Below, in pieces: positions 23,626 to 38,154 of a stretch of 64,000 bases of DNA. The stretch's first letter is position 1, and each line of letters begins with the position of its first letter. The stretch comes from Mobula hypostoma (lineage: Eukaryota), in the NCBI RefSeq assembly GCF_963921235.1, contig NC_086097.1, positions 225,062,001 through 225,126,000 of the forward strand, written 5' to 3'. The position numbers and the translations under genes are program-made. The notes beneath the pieces are model-generated. The model worked only from the letters and a program-made list of their open reading frames with translations. It ran no database searches and was not told where the DNA came from.

Positions 23626-26607
23626 TACCATTCAAGAAAAGCTGTTTCTTGAGAAACTGGTGACGATCCACACATTATTCCAGTCATATAGTTTTAATTT
23701 TCCTTTATAGTATCTTAATTGATTTATTATTAATACTTGTTGCTATTTCTCTAATTATCCAACTGCTTCCGCTGAGATTGTGTAATGTTTCTGTTGCTTT
23801 CATTTCATGGTGAGGCTGTAGATTATGGTTCATGGTTATCATTATATCTTCAATTGAGTTTCACTAACTGAAATTCAATTTATAGCTGTTCTAAATAGAA
23901 ATAAATTATGTGCATTGCATTTTTAGCCCAGCTCCAGTTCAATTAGATACCCTTGTTCTTTTGTCAAACGCTCTATTTCACAAATCAGCTAACTAAATCT
24001 TATTTTCATCTGGAATAGAAAGCATAAATTTACATCCTAATACTGTCAGAAGTAGAGCGTTAAACATTTCACATGATGATTTGTCAATATGTTTGACATA
24101 CTTTCTTTTGGCATTAAACATCAGTTAAAATCTCTTTTATTCAGATGCTGCACTTATTTATGTATAGCTCTGCCTTCCCTGATGGTCTCAGATGAGGCGG
24201 CAACCTTGGATTGAGGTGGTTAAGCTTTTGTTGGAATTGTTTAGTCTTCTGCAGAGGGAACCGTACCTTGTTTAGCTTAGACGTACCGATTTCTGGACAC
24301 TGATTGTGTAATAAGTTGTTTCATTAACTTTTGCAGTCTTGATGGAATTCAGTGCAGCTGCTCTCTCTGTTCCATTCACTTGTTTATGTAGGTTTTATCC
24401 TTCCTCTGCTCAGCATCATTTAATGATCTGTAAAGGGTTCCCTTACTAACTTTAATCCTTGATCTTTTCTCATTCTTCAATTAGATTCTGTCCCTATTGG
24501 CTTATCACAACACTTCAAGTGGCCTGTGCCCATTCTGTACAGCAGGAACTACTTTAGATCAAGGTTTTAAATTGGTTCCACTTCTCATTCTGTTTTTCTG
24601 GAGTAGTTGAACCTCTTCACTTGTAAGTGGATCTTTCAATCGGTTGACATCATATGGCAGTCAAGTGCACTTGAATTAGCCTCGTTGCTGTATATTGGCC
24701 TGAGCTTTTACCGGATAGCGGTCACTTCTAATGCCTGATCCTTTATGTGATCAGACATTTTATAGAGATTTCTCCCACTTAGCCCGGACACTCAATCTGA
24801 TTTCTGGTGATACTTTCTAGAAACCTAAACCTGATTATCTGTATATTTTTGTGTGTTAAACAGGTCCACCAATTATTAACTTCCAGCACAACCTTCCTCT
24901 TAGTATTTTCACTTACACTACCTTATCAGTGTTGTACGCACCAGTTCCTTCTTCAAATATCATGGCTTATGTCCCATTTCTTCAATTCACATCTTCAGTG
25001 ACCAGAAGTTTATCATGATTTGATATGTTGCTATAAATAAACCATCAGTCAGCTTGTCATAAAAATCTTGTTTCTCTTGCTCAAACCTATTTCCTGCTGG
25101 AGCATAACATTCAGCTAATGCAAGTTTCCTAGTGGCTGGTGATGAATTTGATGAATTTTTACTGCCGTAATTTGATCACTTAGTGAATTCCTCTCCTTAA
25201 ATGCTTTTGCAGTTAATTGATTGAGATGAATAGCCATGCCCTGTACACCTCTATTATCTATTCTCTCATAGACTAATGCAATCTTATGGTAATTGTTCCA
25301 GTTCATTGCTTTTCTTAGCTTAATCTTGGATGTCTGATTGGAAAAAATCCACATCCCCAAGGAGTCGGAAAGAATTAAGGATAAAACGTCTAAAGGAATG
25401 AAATGGTAGCATCTAAACTTTTTAATACTTTACATCAAGAAAAAAACTCTGTAGCTTTGTTCTCTTTTTTAATCTCAATCAGTAAGAGGTGAATTGATTT
25501 TTCAAATACTAGTAATTTTTATTATAAGAATCAACAATGTAAATCCACGTTGAAAAGGTGGGGATCATGTTTTGCTTAGAATCAACATCAGAATACACTT
25601 ACATTCTCACAATACTGACCAGATCTTCTGTAGCTTTTTGATCCATTGCAAAAGTATTTACAGTAATATTGTATATACATTTTAACAATATGGAATTACA
25701 AAGACATTGGTGTTAAATAAAAAATAGAAATCTTAAAATGTTACTCTGGTAAGAGTAATCTAATTATAGATGAGATTGCCTGTATTTACAAGGGAAATGC
25801 TAGTGACTTACCCATTAATACGTATATCAGTGTATCATATTAAATATTAGGCAAACTGCACATATTTACACTCTGGAGAAAATATTCACCATGTGATTAC
25901 ATTAGTTAGTTAAAATTGGTTACAAATTAAGGAGCAGTAATCAGTTGTTAAGTCATCGAGCAATACAATATTGAAATGGGTACATCCATGCTAACCAAAG
26001 TGCCTTCCTAAGCTATTTCCATTTGCCTGGATTTGGTTTATATCATATACATTAACCAGCCCAAAAGACTCTTAAACATTGCAATTGTACTTTCTTCACC
26101 ACTTCTTCTAGCAGCTTGTTTCATATACCCACTGCCCTTTGTGCAAGTAACTTGCCTTTCAGAACCCTTTTTCACCCTGAACCTATGCCCCTTAATTTTA
26201 GACTCCCTACCCTGAGAAAAGATTGTTACTCTATCCACTCACCTCATGATTGTATAAACCTTTACATGATTATCCCTCAATCATGTTTTCTATAGGAAAA
26301 ACTGTCCCACCATATCTTGTCCATCATCATAACTCAAGTCCTCTAGTCCTGACAACTGTCTCTGGCTTAATCACATCCTTCTTTTAGTATAGTGACCAGA
26401 CAGCACACTATATTCCAAATGTGAGAAACCTGCAGTCATGATCTGAATATCTGTCAGATTCTTTGTTATGATCAAACCCATAGTGATGGCAATGTTAGGG
26501 GTCAGAATTATTTAAATATTTTGTGAGCATTGTTATAGCATTATTTGAAGTCACTTTTCCATCCCCCTTAATCCAAGAGTACAAGCCAAGAGAGGTGAGC
26601 TGAAAAG

Positions 26608-26930
26608 ATGGCAGCACCATAGTGTACCGGTTAGTGCAATCGTTGTACCAGGAATCATTGACTGGGGTTCAACTCCCACTGCTGTCTGTAAGAAGCTTGT
26701 GCATTCTCTCCGTGTCTCTGTGCATTCCCTTTGGTTGCTTTGGTTTCCTCCAGCATTCCAAAGGTCTGTGTTAGCGTTAGTGAGTTGTGGTTATGCAATG
26801 TTGGCGCCAAAAGCATCGACACTGTGGGCTGCCCCCAGCACAATCCTCAGACTATGTCGGTAGTTGACACAAAAATGTCATTTTTCACTCTACGTTTCGA
26901 TGTACATATGACAAATAAAGCTAATCTATA
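26608..26930 (+). mobile_element. V-type/HE1-like SINE
   Basis: tRNA-like head (ggttagtgca...ggggttcaactccc) and V-domain-like core. Confidence 0.65.
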
Positions 26931-27749
26931 TCTTACCTTTATCTTAAACTTTACATTCTAAGCTTCCATCTTTTTATTCTACAACCTCAGCAAAAGTTGC
27001 TGTAGCTAGCTGAGGTAAAAGCGCTCCAGGGGGAAGGGCCCGGAGTCTCACATTCCTGAAGTTTCCTCATGAAGAGGGCACAAGGTGATAGGACCTGCCG
27101 TATATTCATCTTCAGTGAAGAACATATCCTTGCAACCTTGCAGCACCTCCAAATCGACAGGCGTGCTTGCTGGAGCTCCTGCTGTTGACAGCAACATAAA
27201 ACACACCCTCCAGAGACAGACTGTTAGCTGATCCAGAATGAGCTATTGGCCTGTCTGTCACAGTTCAGAGGCCTCTAGTATATATGGCCTCCTTTTGAAA
27301 GAGACAGAGTAGAAGGTTCACAATTTAAAGGAGGTAAGGTAAACTGAAGATCTCCTCTTGGGATTTTCACTGGATGGATGTACGGGCCTTCTCTCTGATA
27401 ATCTGGACCAACAGAGCAAATGAACCAGCAATTGGTTCTGCACTGATATGTACAACACCTCCTCAGACGGAAGGGAGGCATTAAGCATCAAGGTCTCTCC
27501 CATGAAAGCACAGCTGATAGCTCTGTCAGCCCAGGAGAGCAGATTGAATTGTGCCTTTCAGTGTTTAATCATTACTATAGGTCCCTACCTGGAGTGTGCC
27601 ATGGTCACCATTGCAGTGGCCATCCAGACAGCTTCAGGAGCCACAGATCCAGGATCAAGTGAATGGCTGTAGGAAGGACACAAGCCTGACTGGCTGCAAT
27701 TAAATGAGCAGCAATCGCCGGGGGCTTCATCTTTCACTTCCACTCTTGG

Positions 27750-28270
27750 AACCCATATCTAAGAAAGGGTATGCTGGAACTAGAGAGGGTCCAGAGAATG
27801 TTCATGATAATGATCCTGGAAATGAAAAGGTTAACATATGAGGAGCATTTCGTGACTCTGGGCCTGTACTCAGTGGAGTTTAGAAGAATGAGGGGGGATC
27901 TCATTGGAACCTACCGAATGCTGGAAGGCATAGATCGAGTGGACCTTGAGAGGATGAGAGGTGTGAGAACCTAGGACCAGAGGGTACAGCTGCAGATTAG
28001 AAAGATGTTGTTTTAGATCAGAGTTAAGGAGAATTTCTTTAGCCAGATGGGGGTGAATCTGTGGAATTAATTGCCACAGATGGCTGTGGAGGCCAAGTCA
28101 TTGAGTATATTTAAAGTGGAGGTTAATAGTTTCCTGATTAGTCAGGGCATCAAAGGTTACAGGGAGAAGGCAGAAGAATGGTATTGAGAGGGAAAATAAA
28201 TCAGCCATGATTCATTTGGAAGTGGAGATAGGTCACTGGCCCCTGTTGCATTATCTAAAATTATCATGGT
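27750..28270 (+). mobile_element. CR1 3' fragment
   Basis: LERVQRMF...LGLYSVEFRRMRGDLI. Confidence 0.85.
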
Positions 28271-28632
28271 TGATCTCAATACTACTACCTACTTGTGATA
28301 GGCTTTCACCCGCCCCCTTCTTGCTTATTATTTATTTAATTATGGAGATTCAGTATCCTGTCCGGCCCTTCGAGCCACGCAGCCCAGAAGCCCCAAATTT
28401 AATTCAAGTGTTTGTCTGCTTCTGTCATAAAAATAGCCACAGACGCTGCATCCACCACCCCTCCACACATGCCAGCTACTTTTGTCATCAGTTAACTTAC
28501 ACTGCGGCCTGTCGTTAAAGGAAGTCGCTCTATGCCCCATTTATTAAGTTATTTTCCGCTTTTGTTCTCCAGTTTGCTGATCGCTGAAATCACAACCTAC
28601 AGAGCAGTAAACGGTGCTCAGCAGTTACTGTG

Positions 28633-28870
28633 GCTGGCAGGGTAATGCAGCAGTTAGCACAATTAAAACACCAGCGACCCAGGTTCACTTCCTGCCACTG
28701 ACTGTAAGGAATTGGTACGTTCTCACCTTGACCATGTTTCCTCCCAGTGCTCTGGTTTCCTCCCACATTCCAAAGACATAACAGGTTATCAGGTTAATTG
28801 ATCACATGAGTGTAATTGGGTGGCATGGGCTCATTGGGCCAGAAGGGCCAGTTGCTGATATCTCTAAATG
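28633..28870 (+). mobile_element. V-type/HE1-like SINE
   Basis: cccaggttcacttcc B-box-like head and gtgctctggtttcctcccacattccaaagac core. Confidence 0.7.
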
Positions 28871-29307
28871 AAAGTAAAATGATGATTGTATGCAATAGTA
28901 CATCGTCTACTATCTCCAATAGTTTTAACTGTGGTTTAACTGACTCTGAGAGCAGGGATTTCCTAATTAGTCAAAAAGGTGCTATAGACTGCCAGTGTCA
29001 TACTGCTGAGAACAAGCCCTGGTTCCCTTAGATGCTTCTTTACGAATGGCTTCAGATGCTCTTAGGCTTTGCTGATTGTTAGCAGTTTATTTCAGTGGGT
29101 CAGGGAAAGCCAGTGCTGTTCTATCAGCTGAAAGAGTCAATGTTTATGCCCATTGTGGCATAGTTTCTGCCTAAAGTTGGCATGTTTTCATGGCCCTGGA
29201 TTACAACTATTGACAATCTTCAGCTGAGGCGTTATACTGTGCAATCCAGAAACAGGACTCAGCTCTATGCCCCAGATTGGAGGAGGCCCTTATATGAGCT
29301 GATCATT

Positions 29308-29445
29308 AGCTGGCCGGTGACATAGTGGCATCCACACTGGATTTCGAGTCTAGTGATTCCAGCTTCGAATCCGGCCGGCTCCTTGCACACTTCACGTCCG
29401 TGCTGGGTTGTGCATCGAGCCAGCAACTTGGCCTCATAAAAAAAA
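29308..29445 (+). mobile_element. Short tRNA-derived SINE
   Basis: Acceptor-stem-like pairing agctggccgg/ccggccggct, A-box-like tgacatagtgg, B-box-like ttcgaatcc and an A-rich end. Confidence 0.6.
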
Positions 29446-29463
29446 TTGTTAGGAAAGGTTGCA

Positions 29464-30328
29464 AACATAGAACATAGAATAGTACAGCATAGTACAGGCC
29501 CTTCGGCCCACAATGTTGTGCCAACCCTCAAACCCTGCCTCCCATATAAGCCCCCACCTTAAATTCCTCCATATACCCGTCTAGTAGTCTCTTAAACTTC
29601 ACCAGTGTATCTGCCTCCACCACTGACTCAGGCAGTGCATTCCACGCACCAACCACTCTCTGAGTAAAAAACCTTCCTCTAATATCCCCCTTGAACTTCC
29701 CACCCCTTACCTTAAAGCCATGTCCTCTTGTATTGAGCAGTGGTGCCCTGGGGAAGAGGCGCTGGCTATCCACTCTATCTATTCCTCTTATTATCTTGTA
29801 CACCTCTATCATGTCTCCTCTCATCCTCCTTCTCTCCAAAGAGTAAAGCCCTAGCTCCCTTAATCTCTGATCATAATGCATACTTTCTAAACCAGGCAGC
29901 ATCCTGGTAGATCTCCTCTGTACCCTTTCCAATGCTTCCACATCCTTCCTATAGTGAGGTGACCAGAACTGGACTCAGTACTCCAAGTGTGGCCTAACCA
30001 GAGGTTTATAGAGCTGCATCATTACATCGCGACTCTTAAACTCTATCCCTTGATTTATGAAAACTAACACCCCATAAGCTTTCTTAACTACCCTATCCAC
30101 CTGTGAGGCAACTTTCAGGGATCTGTGGACATGTACCCCGAGATCCTTCTGCTCCTCCACACTACCAAGTATCCTGCCATTTACTTTGTACTCTGCCTTG
30201 GAGTTTGTCCTTCCAAAGTGTACCACCTCACACTTCTCCGGGTTGAACTCCATCTGCCACTTCTCAGCCCACTTCTGCATCCTATCGATGTCTCTCTGCA
30301 ACCTTTGACAATCCTCTACACTATTTAT
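29464..30328 (-). mobile_element. Young CR1/HER1 LINE, 5'-truncated
   Basis: ORFs at 29528-29941 and 29975-30361 (EKWQMEFNPEKC..., LERRRMRGDMIE). TSD aggttgca at 29456-29463 and 30329-30336. Confidence 0.93.
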
Positions 30329-30624
30329 AGGTTGCAGTCTATTGTGCTGAGAGGGGCTCAACTCACTAGATCATGACTGATCTTTGATTTCAACTTTACT
30401 TTGCTGTCTAACCTCCTAGTCCCATGATTCCCATACAGTCAAAACCAATCCATCTCAGCTTTTTCGTGTCCTGAAGAACTGGGCAAATATGATCATTTGG
30501 GGCAGAGAATACTGAGGATTAATTGAGTAAAGAAATCCATCCTTTGATCAATCTTATCTTGAATCTATGGCCCTTAAGTTCTAGATCTACAGTTTCTCAA
30601 GATTTATCAAGCCTTCTATGAATT

Positions 30625-32615
30625 GCTGCACATGGTGCAAAGGTCCAACTCATCAGATTCAAGCCCCTCTACACTCATCCAATGTTTCCAGCTTGCTGAC
30701 AGACAAGGAAGCCGTCATGAGCTGATGGATAGAGCACTACAAGAGCCTTTTCAGGGATAATCGTCAAGTACAAGAAGTATGCATTGAAATAACCCCCAGC
30801 ATCAGGTCAGGCTTAAGCTTGATGGCCTACCAACTCTGGATGAGGTCAAAGCTGTTACTTCCAAGCTGAAATGCCATTAGGCCCCAGGCATTCATGGGAT
30901 CCCAGCGAAAGCATACAAAATGGGCAGAGACATTGTCCTGAGTAAACCCACAAACCTGTTCACACTCTGTTGGGAGCAAGGCTCAGTCCCAAATGTCCTA
31001 CGCGCCGCTGTAGATGTCTCCCTGTAAAAGGAAAAAGGATAGAAATTGGATTGCTCAAATTACTGAGGTGCTACCCTGCTTTCCACCACCGGGAAGATCT
31101 TCGCCAGAATTCTCTTGGACAGAATCACCCCTCCCATTGCCGAAGGCAACCTCACGGAGAGTCTGTGCGGATTCAAAGCGAACAGAGGCACATTCGACAT
31201 GATCTTCATCCTGCGCCAGATACAGGAGAAGTGTCGTGAATAGAACATGAGACTGTACGCCGCATTCATTGATCTGACCAGAGCATTTGATATAATCAGC
31301 CGCGACGGTCTCTGGAAGATTCTGCCAAAGCTCGGCTGTTGCTGAAATTCCTCACATTCCTGCAGCAGCTCCATGAGGGCCAAAGCAGTCAGGTTAAACA
31401 CAACAGCAGTCTGCCTGACCCACTTCACCATCAGTACCAATGTGAAACAAGGCTGTGTTTTGGCACCAACGTTCCTCATCATCTTTTTCAGCATGATGCT
31501 ACAGAGACCTCCTCGGAGAGCATCTACATTGAGTTCCGCACTGGTGGAAATATCTTCAACCTCTGCCGCCTTCTTGCCCGAACAAAAACCATGCAAGAGC
31601 CTATTCTCGAGCTACTGTATGCAGACAACTGTGCTCTTCTCATGCACACAGAGAAACACTGCAGGCTGCAGACACTCAGTTCACCAAGGCTGCAAGGGCT
31701 TTTGGGTTAATGGTCAGTCTGTAGAAAACAATGATCCTCCATCAGAAACCCCCTCATGTTATAACCCACCTCAGATCACCATTGATGACCACTCTCCCAC
31801 CATGGTTGAGCAGTTCACTATCTGGGCAGTGTCATCTGCAGCGATGCTACGGTGGTAAAGGATGTTGACAATCAGCTTGCCAAAGCCAGCAGTGCCTTCG
31901 AGCATCTCCAGAAATGTGTGTAGAAGAACCTCCAACTACGTCTGTCCACAAAATCCAGCTGTACAGGGCTGCTGTCGTCACAGCACTGCTATATGGCGCT
32001 GAAAACTGGGTCTTGTACCGCAAGCAGATCCAGTTGCTTGAGAGCTTCCATCATGAGTATCAGCTGGCAGGATTGTGTCTCCAACAACGAGGTCCTGGAG
32101 AAGGCTCTACTTCCCAGCATTGAAGCTACTTGGGCTGCTTAAGCAGCTTCGCTGCCCAGGCCACTTGCCTTGCATGGACAACTCCAGATTACTGAAAGCA
32201 GTACTCTACAGAGAACTCTCTCAGGGCAAGAGAGATTGTGGTGCCCTGCACAAGAGGTACAAAGACCAACTTAAGCAGCAGCTCTCTCAGGTAAATATTG
32301 AGCTCAAAGAGTGGCAGCAGGTGGCTTGTGACAGAGATTTCTGGAGAATACTGATCCACGGAGCAGCCAAGAATTTTGAGGAATCCAGAAGAATGACCTG
32401 CTGAAGAGAAAAGGAGATAGGAAGAATGCTATTACCCAAGTGCCCATATCCCAGCTGTTCCTGTGTCTCTACTGTTCCAGAGTCTGCAGATCCAGAATTG
32501 GCTTCGACAGTCACCAACAACTGTGCCATCGCTCCTGAGGTCACTTTTTTCCTCCTGATCTTCACAAGTGAAGAACAAGCCACCATCACCATTATCCTAT
32601 CAATTCCTCTCAGAA
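30625..32615 (+). mobile_element. RTE/BovB-type LINE, decayed
   Basis: FIDLTRAFD, VKQGCVLAPT, ELLYADNC, ALLYGAENW, AVLYRELSQGKR. Confidence 0.88.
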
Positions 32616-33944
32616 TCCTATGCTTCATTGAAATCATTTCAGATATTCCTAAAATCCAGAGACTGCAAGCTCAGGCTGCTTAATCTATCTTCGTAAGATT
32701 GTCTGCTAATTCCACAAATTAATTTACTGAGCTTCAGATCGAGATAGAGATGTGCCCTTGTTGTATCTAACAAACAGACAATAATGTGTCCATGCTGACA
32801 TTTTATCTTTTGTGGGTTTTTTTTGTATATCAGATCTGAGTAACAATTATTTCATTCTCCTTATACTTGTGTTTAGGAAATGATGTTAAACAATTTTGAA
32901 TCTTGTGTCTAGTGCATCACTGTTACATTGCAATATACATGGATGGACTTTTTAGGTATAAAGAATAACAGTTTATTCTTCGTCTGGTCCTAGCAAGCCT
33001 TGTACAACTCAGCAAAACTTCCTAATTTCAATCATTTTCAATAGAAACCAACATGCCATTGGCCTTCCTGTTGGCCTACGTTAACTTGCATTATTTTGTT
33101 TGGGCTTATAAACCCACCCAAACACCTGTCCCAGATTTCTTCACTATTTTAATGAAAAAGAATCCGTTACCCATTCCTCTGACAAAAGAATAGCCTCATG
33201 TTTTCCCTCTTTATTTATTATTTCCCTGTGCACTGAGTTTAAACAGTCAATATTCCATGAAGCTAGCTCTCTCAGCCCACTTTCCCCACCGTTTCTGCAA
33301 TCATACAGATTACTGTGCATTCCTTACTCTTTATCCGTTCATCTGACTGATTTACACCTTTCACTGACCCAGAAACCCACATACTTTGCATGTGGAATAA
33401 TGTTAGTATCAATCAATGAAAGGTTCCATTTTAAAATTAGTTTTCTGATCATTTGGCTAATGCTTTGATATTAATATTATCCCCTGCCTGTGAATTCTTA
33501 TTCTGTATAATCTTGTCAAATTCCTTTTGATTATTCAGATAATAAATCCACCAATTTCCCTTTATCTATTTTGCTTTTTCAAAGCAGGCTCTATTAGATT
33601 TGCTGAAACATGATTCCTATTTCTTAAAACAATGTTGATTTTGACGGATGATAAATATGATTTCTTTTACAAAGGAGTGCTCTGTTGCCACTTGACAAAT
33701 AGTGCCTTCCAAGATTTTCTCAGTGACTGATGTCAAGCTGCTTTCTTTCTCTATCCTTATCTCTATCCGGAATGACAAAGTTACACTCAGTCATGGAGTC
33801 ACTGTCACAGTACAGAACCAGGCCCTTTGGTCCATATAGTTGTGCTAAACTATTATTCTGCCTTGTCCCACTGACCTGCACCTGGACCATAACCTTCTGT
33901 ACCCCTCCCATCCATGTACTATCCAAACTTCTCTTAAATATTGT

Positions 33945-34460
33945 ACCATCATAAGAGTGTTGAGGCTTTGGAGAGGGTGCAGAAGAGGTTTACCAGCATG
34001 CTGCCTGGTTTAGAGAGCATATGCTATCATGAGAGGCTGGATAAACTTCAGTTGGTTTCTCAAGAGTGCCAGACACTGAAGAGAGATCTGATAGAGGTTT
34101 ATAAGAGTATGAGAAGCATAGATAGAGGAGACAGGAGTATCTGTTTCCTAAAGTTGTTTAATACCAGAGGGTATGCATTGAAAGTGAGGGGAGTAGGTTT
34201 AAAAGGGATGTGAGGGGTAGGTTTTTTACTTATGGACGCTTGGGATGTGCGGCCTGATTTGGTAGTAGAGGCAAATGCATTGGAGGGTCTTAAGAGACAT
34301 TTGGATAGGCACATGGATGTAAGGAAGATGGAGGGATATGGACATTGTGTAAGTATGAGGAATTAGTGTTTGGATGTTTTTGATTTGCTTGTTAGCTGCT
34401 TCAGCACAACACTGTGGGCTGAATGGTCTGTTTCTGTGCTATACTGTTCTATGTTCTATG
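33945..34460 (+). mobile_element. CR1 3' fragment (adjacent to an inverted CR1 tail at ~33790-33944)
   Basis: ALERVQKRFTSMLPGLE...RDLIEVYK and a ttctatgttctatg tail. Confidence 0.85.
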
Positions 34461-35489
34461 TGGACATACCACCAGCAGCCGATTATAAACAAGCACTCAA
34501 AAAACTGCGCAATGCTGTCTGTAAACAAGAAACGGCCCATCCCGACGCATTTCAAATTATATTCAGCATCTTTAACCAAGGCTGTTTGAAGAAAACCCTG
34601 CCCTGCCTAAATATCACTAGCATGTGACCTGTTGCCAAGGAAGATTCTTAGGAAATGTTCGTTGTTCATTTGGTGCGGCCTGAGGCTGAGAAAATGATTC
34701 TTCCTGTCTCAGTGGCAGCACTGACTGAAGCCTCGCCTAGCATCAATTCTTCCTGGTCCTCGTTTGGCAGGGCTGCACCTGTTTGGCTGTGCCCTCCTGC
34801 TGCTGGCAGTGGCATGTACTGTACATCCCGTTACTGGTTAAAGGGGCTCTCTCTACCACATAAACATCTGTGTTTATAGTTCAGTCTTGAGTACTACAGA
34901 GCAGGCTGAGGACGATTTCTATTGTAATCTTAAGAAAATCCTGGACCGCATTCAGGAAAAAATACAGACTGGTATTCCTGGGCCAGTTCAGTCCTAGGAT
35001 AGAGTAAATATGAATCTCCACCAATGTTTTTGGAATATTCTTCTTTGGACCATTTTCTTGTCATCAGCAGTGTTATCAATGGCTTATTCATTAAAATTTA
35101 TGAATGAATACACCTTTCAATCTGAAACAAAGCTCGACTACCAACCCTCTTCTGCTGGACAACACCACCCTCTGATAACTCATTTCCTATGATTTATCAG
35201 TGCCCATTATTTTAAATACTTCTATTATTTCCTCTTCCATCTTCCACTGTCTGAAGGAAAGCAAGTCCTTGCTTCTACAACTCAATCGCATTAATAAAAT
35301 TCCTCATGCTTGGAATGATCTTCTGTACCCTCTACAAGGCCTTCCCATTTTACCTAAAGTGTAGTACCCAGAACCAGACACCATACTCCAATTATGGCTG
35401 AGCGAGTGTTTTATGAAGGTTGATGATTTTTTTTTTTTTGCTTTGTCCTCTATGTCTCTAACAGGGGTAGCTATTTATTTTATGCTTTA

Positions 35490-35760
35490 TTGAGATACAG
35501 CATGGAATTGGTCTTTCCAGCCCTTTGACCCACACCGCCCAGCCACCTCTCGATTTAATCCTAGCCTAATCACGGGAGAATTTATATTGACCAATTAACC
35601 TACCAACCAGTATATCTTTGGACTATGGGAGGAAACTGCAGCACCCAGAGGAAACCCATGTGGTCACTGGGAGAACACACAAACTCCTTAAAGGCAGCGG
35701 CGGGAATTGAACCTGAGTTGCCTGTACTGTAAAGCTAACCGCTATGTTACCATGCCACCC
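35490..35760 (-). mobile_element. V-type/HE1-like SINE
   Basis: Homologous to 3650-3935 and 63618-63872. Confidence 0.75.
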
Positions 35761-37283
35761 CAAAACCATGCAGAATATATAGAGCAGTGACAAGAATGCT
35801 CAAGAACCAAGCAGCAGAAAATGAATGGGGGGGGGGGTGTCAAAAGAAGCAATAGTTAATGCAATAAAACTATGCAACTATGTCTTCTTTTTGATTCATT
35901 CTCCAACTTCTTTTGAAAAGTGCTCTCAAGTTAGTTAGGCACAATTTGCCTGCTGGTGTTCTCCAAGCAAACCACACCTTTCCAAGCTGATTGGTAAATC
36001 CAGCTTTGATTATTGTATCTGCAATTTTCCCCACCTCTGAGGCCTATGAAGTCTCCTTGGAGAAAATGAATATCTTCACTGACTTAAGAGGATTATTAGC
36101 TGGTGACCAGTTAAAATGGAGAAGGAACATCTGGGAAAGATTAAGTACCTCAAGTCTTTTCCTAGTAAGCAAACAAAAAGGAGCATGCCAAACTACCCAC
36201 CCACCCACAATGTTGCAGCCCACAGATCCCACATCGCCTCATTAGCGACTTGGAATCAACAGATATGGAACACTAGTGAGTCATCTTTGATTCCAAATGA
36301 GTATCTAAGGTATTAGAGATCCTTTCTGGAAAATAAGCGGATTGGGAAAATTGTAACCAATGTATCTCAGCCATTTCTTTTAGAATTTTAGAATGAGTGA
36401 AAATATTGTTACCTTTTAATTCCATTAATTTTGTAAATAAATAATCCTTGCTAATGTGTGCTATTTTAATTTCCTTTAGAACTTTGGTTCACCTCTCTCT
36501 CTATATTTTCTGTTGTAAAGACAGATGCAAAATATTCATTTAACACCTGAATTATTTGCTTGCTCCCTGTTATATATTCTCCTGCTATTGACCTCTAGGG
36601 GACCCAAGTTTAAGTTTATTAGTTTTGTTCTCCTGGTACACTTGTAGAAACTCTTACCAGTTAAAAATTCTTCTTTTTCAGTTCTTTTACCATCCTTCGC
36701 TGGTATTGAAACATTCCAATCTTGAAGTTTTATTCAATCATTTGGAATTAAAGCTCTTTAACTTTCTTGTAGAATTTTATTTTCCAGTGTAGTAATATAC
36801 TTAAGGACAATAAGAAATGTTTAGAAGTCTAGTAAGTAAAGCAAAAAAAATAAAAGTCAGTCAGCGCAAAATACATTTTCATAATGAATAGAAATCAAAG
36901 AACCTTTTGTTTTCAGACTTTCCCAAGATGAACTTTATCTCTGGCTGTGTCTTCACTGATCAAGAAAATCTGTGGGGTCTTTCAGAGTGAACTGGTAGTT
37001 AGAGTAGCATTGGCAGACCTCAGAGCTGGTCTCCTGGTGATTCTTCCCTACAAGTAAGGTGTACGGATGCAGGTAGACCACAGGAAAAAACTTGGAAATA
37101 TTAAAATGTATGGTAGAGATGCACAATAACTTTGAGGATACAGCCCTATTATTCTCAGTGAACTGAAGGTCAAATCAATCTCCTCAGTGTCAGAAAGGTC
37201 CTCGAATTGCCCAGGATACCTTTGTTCCCAGAACAGTACATAGGTTATGGTGAACACATAGCACATGAACAACCAAAACTTAC

Positions 37284-37428
37284 TGTGTGACACATAGATT
37301 GAACTTTTCATTTTCTCCTTGGCCTTTGGGGAGATCTTGCAAGCTTGCTCTGGTGAATAATGATACATTGCAGACCTGATGAAACATTCTGCTTTTGCTC
37401 GAGGGACCAGTACTTGGCTCACTTTGGT
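37284..37428 (-). other. Candidate 145-nt exon of an unidentified transcript
   Basis: Acceptor ccttactgtactcctttctttaattatAG and donor aca|GTAAGT in unique sequence. Open in two frames. No protein recognised. Confidence 0.3.
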
Positions 37429-38154
37429 CTATAATTAAAGAAAGGAGTACAGTAAGGGCTGGATTTTGCCTGCGGGCCTTCTGCCACTCATTGAAGTGTT
37501 GAATCAAAAGTTTAAACTTGATCAAGTTTTACCCTTACGACTTTGATGCCTTTTTAAAACGTAAGTATAATTATTCTTCACAGTTTAGTTTTACATCGCT
37601 GGGAACTGTCAGAAATATTGCTCGGCTCTCTCACGTGGGTAGTGTGTTGCTCACCATGTGTCGAGCCAGCCTTTGCCTCTCCTGACATACGTAAGTATGA
37701 CAATCGCAATGCATGAATGAGGGCAAACAAGGTTTGTACTCCAAACAGAGAAAAGTTATAAGAATCTCATGAAAAGAAAAAAACACATTGCCCATTGTGG
37801 ATTGATACAGAGGGTGGTGAATATATGGAATTAGCTGCCAGAGGAAGTGGTTGAGGCAGATACATTAACAACATTTAAAAGATTCTTGGACAGATACAAG
37901 AGTAGGGAAGATTTAGAGGAATATGGCTCAAATGTGAGCAAATGGGGACTAGCTTATTTTGCATCTTGGTCAGATTGGACCAATTTGGATATCCTGGACT
38001 ACTCTATGAAACTATAACTTGAATGACAAATTGTGTTCATGATAGGTCTGCCCCACTTTATGTATACACACGTTGAGAGGTCAATAGTTCTGCCACATTC
38101 TTTTTGCCCTCTGCAAAGCGTGCAGCAAAGTCGCCAAATGTTCCAGGAATTTTA

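Noticed and set aside
25603..25660. Minus-strand donor with an upstream MDQKATEDLVSIVR frame
   Set aside because: No credible acceptor was found.
29308..29380. Functional tRNA gene
   Set aside because: It has degenerate arms and runs into a SINE-like body and A tail.
31060..31596. 178-aa minus-strand ORF
   Set aside because: It is the antisense frame of the RTE reverse transcriptase.
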